Assembly: GCF_037042905.1 (NCBI RefSeq)
Contig: NC_087254.1
Span: forward strand, 26,102,001-26,166,000
Source of the DNA: Lytechinus pictus
Lineage: Eukaryota
DNA length: 64,000 nt
Direction: 5' to 3'
Positions within the stretch are counted from its first letter, which is position 1, and each line of letters begins with the position of its first letter. The notes below the pieces were generated by a model, which saw only the letters and a program-made list of their open reading frames with translations, made no database searches and was not told the DNA's origin. Both the position numbers and the translations under genes were made by a program. Positions 21,201-33,908 of the stretch are shown here, piece by piece.

Positions 21201-24200
21201 ACAGTATACACCTGTATTACATTGCATCACAATCTTCAGTGCCTCTTTTACAAGGGAATATGCTGGTTTGAGCATGGGAAGGCCGAACTAAAGCTTGGAA
21301 AATCAGCTGTTTGAAAGCAGAAGGGGTATAAATTTGGTTTTGCTTGCAAGTGTCGGAACTCCTCTGCCTCAGCTGAAGGGCGAACGTGCACCCAGTGCAG
21401 CATACGCCCATATTTTAGAATATGCATCAATTGTGTTGCTAAACAGCTTTCATCGTGAAGCATATTTTCTTCATTTTATTTCCACATTAAAAACATTTAG
21501 ATTATAATAACATACAGTATACAGTATAGGTTTGAACACAAAACATCGTGAATAAAATGCATAAAAAACAATACATAATTATATAAGCAAAGTTGATCGG
21601 GTTTAACTACTACTACTACTACTACCACCACCACCACCACCACCACCACCACCACTACTACTACTAGTAGTATAGCGCCTTTTCTTGGAAAGGTACAAAC
21701 TGCATTACATATAAATCATTTCAATGAAACAATGAAACAAAACATAAACGTATAATGCGAATGAAAAAATAATAACATTGAAAGACCAATGCTTTTTTAC
21801 AAAAGTTATAACGTTTTTAACAAAACTTTAAATATTATTAGTACTTTTAGCATAATTATTATTAATGTGAGTAATAACATTATTTATTTCCCTAATATAA
21901 AGTGCAGAAATTTGAAGAGATTTTGTGAAAAGCATACTAACAAAGTGGGCCTACATGTATAATTTTTTCAATAGAAAATTTGTGATTTGTTATATTTTTG
22001 CTCTTTTTTTATTTTTGAAATTGATGTTATATGATATAATTTTCGTGAACTTGAGAAAACATGCCAAACCTGCAAGAAATCAATTGAGTGACGTAGGAAA
22101 TATTCAATTTCTTTGTTAACAACTTTTACACATTTTTTAAGGATGTTGTTATAATAGCAATTGAAATGACCCCCCCCCAAAAAAAAAAAAAACTGTATAA
22201 TTCTGTTCACTTCACTTTTGACACAATTGCTTATTTATACACATTTGTTAATGTTGTGTTTGTTTGATTGTGTATAATAACAATGGTGATGATGATAATA
22301 ATTTGAGATTTATATCGTGCACATATCTGTCAATAATGTGTAATCGGCAGATATATTAATATACTTATATACTTACCAGGACTATTGTGTCTTTAGGAAC
22401 CTTATATCCACAGAGATCCATTTCATTGGGTAAGATTCTGTTAAGCATACTTCCAGGAGGAGTTATTCGTAGGGACTCCTTCAAAACCTGTAAATAAGGT
22501 GGTTGAATAAATGGAAAATTACCTAGATTCCAAATGCATTTCCTTGTAAGTATCACTCAGACTTTTATTTCAGTTTTTTTCTATTTCATTTCCCCCCCTT
22601 TTTTGTTTGTTTTGAATACCAAGCGAAACACAATTTTATTACATTTTTGTATTTCCTATTCTTCTCGATTCATGGCTCTATTAATTTTTGACGACTTTTT
22701 GCAACAGGATAAGAATTATTATTTTTTAATTGGTGAACTGGTTAACAACTGGCACTTCATTAAAAATGTGGTGTAAGTTAAGCCTGGTTTAATTAGACCA
22801 TTGCTATTAGAGTACATCAAATAATCTACCGTGGATTAACATGATTACACTTATAGTTCTATGAGAGGTGTAAGTCCCAATGGTCGTTTTTTTTTTATCT
22901 TCCCCTGAATAATGCACGCGTGTGCTTTTCTTCAGCGCCTCACACAGTGATCTAAAGGCGACCGCACACCTTACGATTGGTCCGCAACCCGATTTTGGAA
23001 TAAAACGTAGTAGAATTTGATGCTAACATTGAGACATGGAATATCTTACTGTGTAATGTTCTCAATCATCATACGAATACCTATATTCAAATATGTGAAT
23101 ATGCTATCATCCTTCTTTAAAATAAAAGCGAATTTAATATCTAGAAATGACGTCATATAGCAGTCGTACGATTGGCTACGATTTGAAACTAATTTGGCCT
23201 TTAATCCAAAATAAAGGCTTGCAACCTTTCAAAATGGTTATAAGAGTAATCTTTCAATCAATTTTAACCTCAAATAAAATGATATGTTCCATTCACATTT
23301 TTCAGAAAATGAGCAAAATGCGATTTGTTCCAAAATCGGATCGCGAACAGTCGTAAGGTGTGCGGTGGCCTTTAGATGAACGATCCTCTCCGTGATTTCG
23401 CACGTGTATACTGTTATGTGCACTCTAATTTTTTTTTCTGCGCCTCGGAAAAGTTTACTAGATAGATGGCGCGTAATAAATAATGTGTTTATTATTACTA
23501 TTTTTCTGGCCTATAAAAATTATATAATCTACTTCATCTTTTATTTAGTTATTATCCCTCATGATTTTAGATGAGCTAAAACCTCCTGTCTTGCTACCAA
23601 AATTAAAAAACAAGAAACTTATTTCTTTCAAAATATATATTTTTTTCATTTCATTCCCAAACTTAACCTAAGCTTTATTTAAGAGTCATAAAAATATAAA
23701 GAATTCTTACCAGTGTTAGATACTGCATCTGGGTTATATCTGAGTACTCAACGTAGTCCTTTCCTTTTAATATCGTATCCACTTCATCACGGAGTCTGGG
23801 TTATGAAACATAGATCAAAATAATTTGTAAATAAATTAAAGTATGTAATGTGTTACTTTTGTTCTATTTTGTGAATAGAAATTAATCAATCTATCTCGAC
23901 TCTTCTTGGTAGCACGATAATTCCGTATGAAAAAAAAATTAATCCCATTGCTTTATAGTTAAAGTAAGAACAATTATACGGATTGCCCACAATATCTTAA
24001 CACGTGGAAGAATGAAGGTGAATACATAAAGGAATTATGCTACATGATATTTCAGGCAATAGATTTAAATTTTAGTCTCATATAACTGTAAATGTTTGCC
24101 TATACCTGGAACTGCCCAGCTACAAAATACGCAGTGATGAACAGTTTACACGGTTTACTATAGGCATACTAGGGGTTGTGTGCAGATTTTATTGAAAGTA

Positions 24201-27200
24201 TAATTCTTGTAATTATCATCCTTATTATTATTATCATTATTATCATCATTATCAGAAACATTACTAGTATTGCTGTTGTTATGATGGAACGTAACTATAT
24301 CAGTTATTAGCTATAGAAAGAAAATATAGCCGATAGCTAGGCAAATAGCTTTTGGTCATACATGTATCTATTAAGTTTGGTAGTTTTATGATTATATTTC
24401 GCCAACAGCAGGTTAAAATTTCCCCTGGATCAGAAAAAAATCACACTTAAATTCTGATAATATTAATCATGCAATGTTGTTATCATCGCTGATTAACAAA
24501 GGGGGAAAGGGTGCATTTTACTAACTTTTTCATAATTTCAGGGTTTCTTCCAAGATGGAGAAAGGTGAAAGAAAGCAGATTGGATGTCGTTTCTTCTCCT
24601 ACAAAAGATAGAAATGATAATGATGAGAAAATATGTTGCCTTTGCAAACATTCTGATACAAGATTCTGTCACAACGAATTTTCAGTTTACATAAAGTTGA
24701 AACTTTTGATCTCAACCCAAAGAAAAATTCGAAAAAAATACCTCGAATTTTTCGGCTGCTAATTGCAGCCTTCCTCCGGCCTTCCTCAGCAATTACCGAA
24801 GTGACCCGATTAGATCGATAATCGGGTCGTAGACACTCGGAAGCTTGTATCGTTTCAACTTTATGCTATTTTCAACCAACATAGATAAACTTTCTTGATC
24901 GAATTTTCAGCTATTAATTAGCATCACCATCGTTTTAACAAATGAGTTTTTTTTCTGAATGAGGTAGTGGTTCGCTGACTCGAGAGCCGATTCAATGAAA
25001 TAGAGAAAATGAACATCATCAATGACAAAGATGTACTGACCTCTGAAAAACAAGTAACAATAAGTTTTATGTATGTCAACGGAGGATATAAAATCTTCTG
25101 CCATTTTCCATAAAAATCTACTGATATTCATTCAACAGGGCAATTCTTACCAGCTGCGAAGAAAGTCAAGAACTGATCAATCATATCTTCAATGTCGAAG
25201 TTTTCAATTCCCTCAAGATTGTTCGACTCCTGCAGAATGTAGGTTAGAATGTTCTGTGGAACTTCTTCACCTTGGTTAAGAGCGTCCATACGGGCCTGAA
25301 TGCATCTCCGAGCCATTTTTCGCAAGTCTTTCATCGCTCCTCTGACTTCTCTTCTGTATTTGATGTCTTTTGGTAAAATACTGTACTGTATACAATAACA
25401 TCATATTGATTTGCTTTGTATCGGTACTAATTGATTTAAGTAGCATAAAACAATATTTTGTTCCACATTTCACCAAGTTTGTTCGCATTGTTGTAAGCCT
25501 TTTCAGAAGAGAATCCACAATCGAGCAAATTAACATTCATCTGACGGGTCGTTGATGATTCGACAAAACATATGACAAGGCGCTCTACGCACATTTCAAT
25601 TTACGAGAGTTGTGTGTAGCTATCGAAGTAAAATTGAAATAACATCCAATGAAACTTAGTCAAGGGGTGGCAATTTTAAAGTTAAACCTCTCAATTCTTG
25701 ATCTCCTGAAAAAAAACATGTTAATTATTTTTTTAATCGAAAGCTTTCATTTATTCACTATTACCCCTACCCAACCTTCTCCTGAAGTTGGTAATTATAT
25801 CCCACTTTGTGAATTCATTATAATAGTAAGTTCTTGGTTCCGATTTGTCAGTGTTTGTCAACCAGATAGGCCTCGAATCAATAAACCAAATTAGGGCTTA
25901 ACATACAGCTTGGCAAGCTAATTGTTTCAATCATCAGAGTGACATGACTATTTTCGGAAGCAAGTGGACTCAATTTTGCCTGAAAGGACACGGGTCTTTT
26001 AAGGTCTCATTCCTTGTGAGTTTTATATGTCAACCTTGATTTGGTCTGGACAGTAAAGGTCATGAGCTCGGAGGTCTGAAATCTTGAAGCGTCCTTGGCC
26101 TTGGTATTATCCTTGACCTCTGACAGAATCGTCTCGGTTTTGGCCTCGCCTCGGCTCGGCATTGCAACAATTAATGACTGACGCTAATCAAGTAAGACAG
26201 AATATTGCTAAGCTATAGACCGACCAGGCCACAAATTGCACATGATCGAATAAAAAAAAAAACCTAAAAAGCTATCGGTATGAATAACCAACGCGTAGAT
26301 GAATTATCTGTCCGACCGACAAAAATGGTCGAAATCAGTAATTTTCCTTGTTAGAATCTACAAGAATTCTGGTAGATATTGAGTATGGTTATGACCACAT
26401 TTGTTACTTTGACTTATCCTTTTTAAGAGTGTAATCCCCCCGCCCGAAAAGAAAAAAAAACGAGATGTACAAACCTTCAGGAGTGGGGCATTGTAAACTG
26501 ATTGCATGCCATGCAGAATCTTTGGAAACAGCTGGCAAAGAGGAGAATCCGGGTTCCCAATGATGTCATCGTCCATTCCAAATCCAACCTATAAACATAA
26601 TGCACGAGGTACCTTAAGCCCCTTTCACAATTGACGTACGACCATTTGCGACCTTTTGGTCGTGCGTCAGGCTGCAACAGGCATCAATCGCTAGTCATCT
26701 CATAATATCGCACAGAGGCTTTCACAGTTGCAACAGCTGTCGTACAACAAAAACAACCAGTAAACCCCGTTGCACGAGTAAGTCGCATATGCTCTTATTG
26801 TGCTCGTGCGATCACATGCGAGTGTTGCACGAGGGATTGCGAGTGGAACGGTCGCATACATGCGAATGAAACGGTAGTGCAATGTTGTAAGCCGTTGCGA
26901 TCGGTCTTGCAACAGTCTTATGGCCCATATTATTATCGCAACCAGTCGCAGGACAGGTCTCTGTACATGTAGGTCGCTTTCACATGTGTAAGTGTTGTAC
27001 GACCTCCAGTCAAGTAAATGCGACTACTTAGTTGTGCCACCTCTCGCACCAAGTCGTACAACGTTGAACAACACTCGCACGATGATCGCCCGACCGATGG
27101 TACGACCCCGGGTACGGCCTGATGCGAGTGAATCGATCGTATTTGATCGCGTTCGGATTTTGAACATGTTCAAAGTTCAGATGTGACCAGTCACGACCAC

Positions 27201-30200
27201 CTCGAGTTCGTGCGACCGTCTACAACGACTGCCAGTGCTCGCAAGACACCAAGAGATCGATCGTGCAACAACAAGAAAAAACTGTTGCAGGCGGTCGTAA
27301 ACTGGTCGGACATCAATTGTGAAAGGGGCTGAACGGTCGCATGCAAGCGAATGCAACGGTAGTGGAATGTTGTAAGCCGTAATTTCGATCGATCTTGCAA
27401 CAGTCTTATATTATCGCACCCAGTCACAAGACTGGTCTCTGTAGGTATCCAGCACATGTGCAAGTGTTGTACGACCTCCAGTCGACTAAATGCTACTATA
27501 CTTAGTTGTGCCACCTCTCGCACCAAGTCGTACAACGTTGAACAACTCTAACACGATGGTCGCCCGACCGATGGTACGACCTGTTGCGAGTGAATCAATC
27601 GTATTTGATCGCGTTTGGATTTTGAACATGTTCAAAGTTCAGATGCGACCAGTTACGATCACCTCCGACCACCTCGAGTTTGTGCGATCGTCTACAACGA
27701 CTGCGAGTGCTCGCAAGACACCAAGGGATCGATCGTGCAACAACAAGAAAAAATTGTTGCAGGTGGTCGTAAACAGGTCGTACGTCAATTGTGAAAGGGG
27801 CTTTAAGCAACACTATACAGGACAACGGATAGAAACATGAATTCTCAATAACATCCGATATAAATATCTAGAGGTCATGATTATCGTAACAATAGATATG
27901 ATATTGATAAAATATGGTCAAATCGATTAAAAAAATGATCGCACGCAGTCTAAACGATAAATGCGTTAAATGAATAAAGCTGATGGGTAATGAAGTCGTC
28001 TAATAAGTGTTTGGCTCATGGTCGGATTAAGCCCCTTTCACAATTGACGTACGACAACTTGCGACCTTTTGGTCGTGCGACAGGCTGCAACAGGCATCAA
28101 TCGCCAGTCATCTCATAATATCGCACAGAGGCTTTCACAGTTGCAACAGCTGTCGTACAACAAAAACAACCAGTAAAACCCGTTGCACGAGTAAGTCGCT
28201 TATGATCCTATTGTGCTCGTGTGATCACATGCGAGTGTTGCACGAGGGATTGCGAGGGGAACGGTCGCACACAACGGAAGTGCAATGTTGTAAGCCGTTG
28301 CAATCGGTCTTGCAATAGTCTTATGGCCCATCATATTATCGCACCCAGTCGCAAGACAGGTCTCTGTACATGTAGGTCGCTAGCACATGTGCAAGTGTTG
28401 TACGACCTCCAGTCGAGTAAATGCGACTACTTAGTTGTGCCACCTCTCGCACCAAGTCGTGCAACGTTGAACAACACTCCCACGATGATCGCCCGACCGA
28501 TGGTACGACCCCGGATACGAGCTGATGCGAGTGAATCGGTCGTATTTGATCGCGTTCAGATTTTGAACATGTTCAAAGTTCAGATGTGACCAGTCACGAC
28601 CACCTCGAGTTCGTGCGACCGTCTACAACGACTGCGAGTGCTCGCAAGTCACCAAGAGATCGATCGTACAACAGCAGGAAAAAACTGTTGCAGGCGGTCG
28701 TAAACTGGTCGGATGTCAATTGTGAAAGGGGCTGTACGGTCGCATACATGCGAATGCAACGGTAGTGGAATGTTGTAAGCCGTAATTTCGATCGGTCTTG
28801 CAACAGTCTTATATTATCGCAACCAGTCGCAAGACTGGTCTCTGTAGGTATCTAGCGCATGTGCAAGTGTTGTACGACCTCCAGTCGACTAAATGCGACT
28901 ATACGTAGTTGTGTCACCTCTCGCACCAAGTAGTACAACGTTGAACAACACTCACACGATGATCGCCCGACTGATGGTACGACCTGATGCGAGTAAATCA
29001 ATCGTATTTGATCGCGTTTGGATTTTGAACATGTTCAAATTCAGATGCGACCAGTCACGACCACCTCAAATTCGTGCGTTCGTCTACAACCACTGCGAGT
29101 GCTCGCAAGACACCAAGAGATCGATCATGCAACAACAAGAAAAAAACTGTTGCAGGTGGTCGTAAACAGGTCGTACGTCAATTGTGAAAGGGGCTTTAGT
29201 TGAATACTTTAGGTTAGAGAAGCAGTTCAGAGGCTTCACAGATATTTAGAATACGACCTGGGCCTGGCTATAATGTGTTGAGATTGTGTGCTCATATCGT
29301 TCATATTTACGTGACCTGGAAATTCGGTCTAGATACGGAGATCGCACAGAAATTATGTAAAATTCGTGGAATATCTACAAGTAAATGGTCCTGATGGGGG
29401 CAGTTTCTTAAAGCTGTTCGCTAAATGACTTTAACAACGACTGGTGATTCTGAAACACCTATCAGCATTCAAAGGCTACATATACGGTGATTGTAAGATA
29501 GAGGGGCTACTAGATCCCCTTCCTCTATGACTTTGGGAACTCAAATTTGTACAAAGTTTGAACGATCAACTATTCAAAGAGAAATTTTACCCTTGCAATA
29601 ATTTCCATTGTGACTCTTGCAAATTCCTCGGACATGGCGACTTCTGTTCTACCGTCACTTGACGGGATCAAATGGTTGACCAGTTTATCCCCACAGATAT
29701 TGAATTCGTTCATCAAACCCATTAGATATCTGTATAAAAAGGAAAATCATGATTTTATTATTGAGTAAATGTAGCAGTGCAAAATAAAGAAATGAAGAAG
29801 AGGGATATGTGCACGAACCACAAATAGGATTGGTGCGTACATCCATTCTGAGGAGTGGGGGGGGGGATGATTGACTTTTTTGACGATTTTTTTTTTTTCT
29901 GTCGATCTCACACTTAGGTATAAGCACACACTCCCACTGACCCCCACATACCCCTTACACACATTTTAATATCTATTTTGCGAGCGAGCGAAGCGAGTGA
30001 GCCAAAAATAACAATTTTTCTAATTTTTAATCGCATTTTCTAACAGAAATTCTAAGATACGAGCGAGCAAAGCGAGCAAGCCAAAAATAACCACTTTTTT
30101 TGTTTTCAATCGCATTTTCAAATAGAAATTCTAAAATATGATGGTTGTTTATGACAGATATTAAAAGATTACGCAGCGGAACAGCAAGGCTCGGTATTCG

Positions 30201-33200
30201 CAATGGTAATGAATACTTTCGTATTTTTGACTAACATGTGGTTTGTCTAAATTCGCATTATGTGTAATTTGGAGTGGGACGTTCCCAAGTTCATCGCTGC
30301 CATTGCATAATGCAATGGCAGCGATTTTGGGGGTCACCCGGCCTTGATAATCGGATTTCCTACAGCAGCCTATGGAAAGGGTAGTCCCCCCGCCAATGAC
30401 AAATAGAAACATACATTATTTGTAAGTCACAAACGACTTTAAGCTCTACTGGTAATCAGTACCTGTGCTTAATGAAATACCCCCCAAAACCTGCCTTATG
30501 ATTCAAGAAATTGCAATTAGTTTATCATTAGCCTTGTCAAATTTAACGATAATCTTGCTTTCAGACACTTGATATCGCCAAAAATTTGAAAGGAAATTCT
30601 TCAGCAGATGGAAAGCAAAATGATTGAAAATCTGATTTTACACCCAGAAACATGTTGCGTTAATCAGTGCTGAACTTATGAAAGATCTCAATTTTTAACA
30701 GAAATCTTACCTCCGATGGAATGCATGGTTAAAGATAGCACGTTTTTTCATCCAGGCCTCGTGGTTCGTCTCACAAAGAAGACCATTTCCAAATGCCCTG
30801 GCTCCGTACAAAAACCTAAAGGCACGGTACGTGTCTGGTGCCTTTAAATACTTACTCTTTGTAAGAAGTTCCTAAAAGAATGAAAAAACCACCATAAGTG
30901 AACAAATAAAATAGTATTTGTTACTAGTAGTTTATTTGTATTATCACTGATGATTAAGCAGTGGCGGATCCCCATATAGATATAAAAACAAATAGGCCTA
31001 CTTGTATTAAAGTTTAACAATGAATGTGTTTATAAACAAGATGATGATAAAGATAATGATTGCTATGGGAGCAGACTATATATTGTAGACATGCTACTGA
31101 ATAAATATGAGGAAATCTAATAAAACAAACTAGGCTTGTATTTTTTTCACAAATTTCAGAATCTCTTTAAGTGTAATAAGGGCACTTTAAAACTTATAGG
31201 TTATTAGTAAAAATAATCCCACTTTCCCATTAAGAAAATGATGATGTCAAACTCGCAAACGAAGCCCACTCTCAATCCGACCCAAATCGAAGCCAAAAGT
31301 CATGAACATCCATTTTTATGTTGAAAATTGTGTACCCCCAAAAAAATACCTAACTACACTTTCGTCGTAAAATCGACAAACTAATCCAGCCTAACACGAA
31401 TACCCAAAATGTTGTTAGAAATATCCAAATATTTGAACAAATTATTTTGTATTTTTACAAAGTTTTATAGAATAATTGGGCAAGGTTTATACGCCCCTGG
31501 GCATTTTTTAAAAAGGGAACACTGACAGGACTGATGACATATCAAAATAATATTAAGTTACCTTGAACACTGTTGAGTCTTCACAAATAATGACAGTCCT
31601 GGCATAGGTATGAAAACAGTACACCGGACCGAGTTTCTTGCTCCTACATATCGTCATCATGGTTCAGATATTAATGTTGACAAAAATATGAATAATTACA
31701 AAATAATGATATCACAAGAAACTATAATAGGAGTAGATAAGAGTAAACCCACTCGCGTTTGCTACGATTCAGTCGATTGTGCATAAATGAAAACAATTTC
31801 ATAGTACTTTGTCTGACTTATATCAGGCCTCAGAATTTTTTAAAAAGAAAAGTTTATTTTGCTTTAGCAATGCTAGAAACGTTCGTTTGCTATCTTTCTA
31901 TGAAGTTTGTGCATGGGGGGGGGGGGGGGCGGCGTCTGGATATTTTGATTTTTACAGGGGAGGCTGCCCTAGGTGTGACCTTATAAACTATTTCTTTCTC
32001 AATTGAATAGCAGAGCCTCGGGGTAATGTAGGGTACACGACCCGAATCTCTCTTTTTGATACTATCATTTCTGATATTTGTCTTCTTTCCCCTTTCGGTC
32101 TTGACCAACCATAGAGCGGGGGGGGGGGGGGGGTGGGGGGGGGGCGTAGCCAACTTGCCCGTCATCCTGCTTATCATCAGACCAAATTCTTTCATGATTC
32201 GTTGGAAACGTTCATTGTACACTGTATAGACTCCGTTTTCTTACGACATGAGAAAGTTTGGATTTAGTAGAATTTGAACGATGATCAATACCACAATCAC
32301 ACTTAATTAATACCGAAGTGATCCTACAGATCCCGCAATGAAAACTTGAAAGCTTACCAGTGAGATAAGACTGTAGACCATGTCTCATCATCACCAACAT
32401 CCTTCAATAGCTGAAGATTACCACTGAAGAAACTGTAATAATGATAATAATAATAATATTATATATATAAAATGAAAGATCATTAGCAGGTTCGTCGAAA
32501 CATCTAAGACTAGGCTAAAAACTTATCTCCATAACCCCATTTCACAACGATTTCTGTGTTCCTTTGTAATTATAATTGCTCCCTTCATGAATATGGCACA
32601 TATAAATTGCATTTTATTATTATTATTATTTTCTACCGTATGATTATCTAAAATAGTAAATTATGTTGCTCAAAACCACTGACTTAAAGTTTAATAACAG
32701 GAACATAACCTTTGCATTTAACTCATCTAACTGACATTTCAATTAATACAGAATGATTGAAAACTAGTATATACGATCATGCTGAATTATTCCCGTGAAA
32801 TCATTCCCATGACAGAGAATGATGTTAGCATTCAATTGCAAAATAAAAAATGACTAACAGGATCTGCACATAATCATACCAATCAAGTAAACGACATTAA
32901 AAAAAAGAAAAATCAAAGGTGCAATTGATTGTTAACGACCAACACGCGATTTGTGTACGCATGATCGCTCCGAAATTCGCGTAACCGGGTCCTTGTTTTG
33001 CAGTTCATAATCACATAAGAATAGTGATGCCCGCGATTTTTAACAAAAAGATGTTTCAAGAGATTGCTTGAAGTCCAGAAAATGTTTATGAGCTTGTAAA
33101 GAAAATAAAAAGAGGAAGTTTCCCCTGGTCCTGGTGACTATTTAACCTTAATGTTCTTGAAATTTGCAAAAAAAATGTGAATGGTTCAGCCCCAAATATT

Positions 33201-33908
33201 TGGAATGCAAAAATTAGATCGTTCGTCCGAGGCTAGTCTGTATCCATGTTGTGCAATATACTGATATAGAAGAAGTATTAACCGAGAATGTCACAACCCA
33301 AGCACGGGCCGGATTGTGGGTTATGATACCAGTAGCGGATCAAGGATTTTCCAAGGGGGGGGGGGGTGTTTTTTAACAGAAAAAAATTAAAAGCCCCCTC
33401 CCCAAAAAGGTCTTGACTCCCAATTAATGGTGAATCATGTCAGGAAACAATTGACAAAAAAGAGCCATCACTTGCGTATGCACGACATATTTCCCTAACA
33501 AATGTGATATGGATCCCAAAGGAGGAGGGGGATTCGTGTCAGGGAAAAATTGACAAGATAAAAAAGGGCCATCACTTGCGTATACACGATAAATTTCCCT
33601 AACAAATGTGATATGGATCCCAAAGGAGGAGGGGGTCGGGGGGGGGGGGCACGGGTGGATGTGCCACAACCGGGATCCGATCATGACCACATTTTCATTA
33701 CGTGGCATTTGAGTGTGACTGAGGGCAACACCTTGCGGCCCAAGCACATACCGTATACATAGGTCACTACTTACTGAAGAGGTTCTGGGTGAGGAATGTG
33801 ACTGTATCTCTTCCGGTTATAGGCGATGTACAAGGAAAGTCCAAGGAAAGCAATCCAAAATGCCAAGGCAAAAACAGAGCAAGAAACGAATATTAAATTT
33901 GCAGCCAT
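18299..33908 (-). CDS. CYP46A1: Cytochrome P450, CYP46A1-like (cholesterol 24-hydroxylase-like), 502 aa, 13 coding exons
   Basis: Exons 5'->3': 33775-33908, 32358-32432, 31562-31643, 30711-30871, 29591-29729, 26475-26588, 25151-25385, 24526-24598, 23711-23795, 22377-22487, 20877-20965, 19646-19712, 18299-18442, totalling 1509 nt, open, all GT-AG. Motifs: N-terminal signal anchor, YSHIPHP hinge, WMKKR, AAGEETT, KESLR, FDPERF, FSMGSRSCIG. Exon sizes 82/139/73/85/111/89/67 match my recollection of human CYP46A1. The symbol means family-level likeness, not proven 1:1 orthology. Confidence 0.93.
18786..19380. mobile_element. Kolobok-like MITE in the last P450 intron
   Basis: TTAA|AGGTCAAGTTTACCCC ... 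GGGGTGGACTTGTCCT|TAA with long imperfect TIRs (gaaaatttcatcaaaatc / gattttgataaaattttc). Confidence 0.8.
19646..19712 (-). CDS. CYP46A1: P450 heme-ligand exon (PLFAYVPFSMGSRSCIGQTFAM)
   Basis: FxxGxRxCxG motif. Acceptor ttgcag, donor gtaagt. Absent from the ORF track. Confidence 0.95.
22956..23371. mobile_element. PIF/Harbinger-like MITE
   Basis: TAA|AGGCGACCGCACACCTTACGA ... TCGTAAGGTGTGCGGTGGCCT|TTA. TIR about 45 bp, TWA-type flanks. Confidence 0.8.
26617..27802. mobile_element. Composite PIF/Harbinger-like MITE, copy 1
   Basis: TTA|AGCCCCTTTCACAATTGACGTACGACC ... GGTCGTACGTCAATTGTGAAAGGGGCT|TTA. An extra internal right end sits at 27330, and 26846-27330 is repeated as 27331-27802. Confidence 0.92.
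28030..29195. mobile_element. Composite PIF/Harbinger-like MITE, copy 2
   Basis: Same TIRs and TTA TSD, with the internal right end at 28733. Its flanks differ from those of copy 1. Confidence 0.92.
33331..33686. mobile_element. Degenerate hAT-like MITE with an internal ~110-bp tandem duplication
   Basis: cagtagcggatc ... ggatccgatcatg. The block gccatcacttgcgtat...aacaaatgtgatatggatcccaaaggaggagggg occurs twice. No TSD is visible. Confidence 0.45.

Noticed and set aside
21230-21470. GC-richer intronic segment (snRNA or LINE RT fragment, FKQLIFQALVRP)
   Set aside because: There is no recognisable snRNA motif set, and the RT resemblance is one short motif that could be chance. A database search is needed.
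26700-29203. Multiple 60-120-aa ORFs
   Set aside because: All lie within the non-autonomous Harbinger-like MITEs, show no transposase or Myb motifs, and are not frame-conserved between copies.
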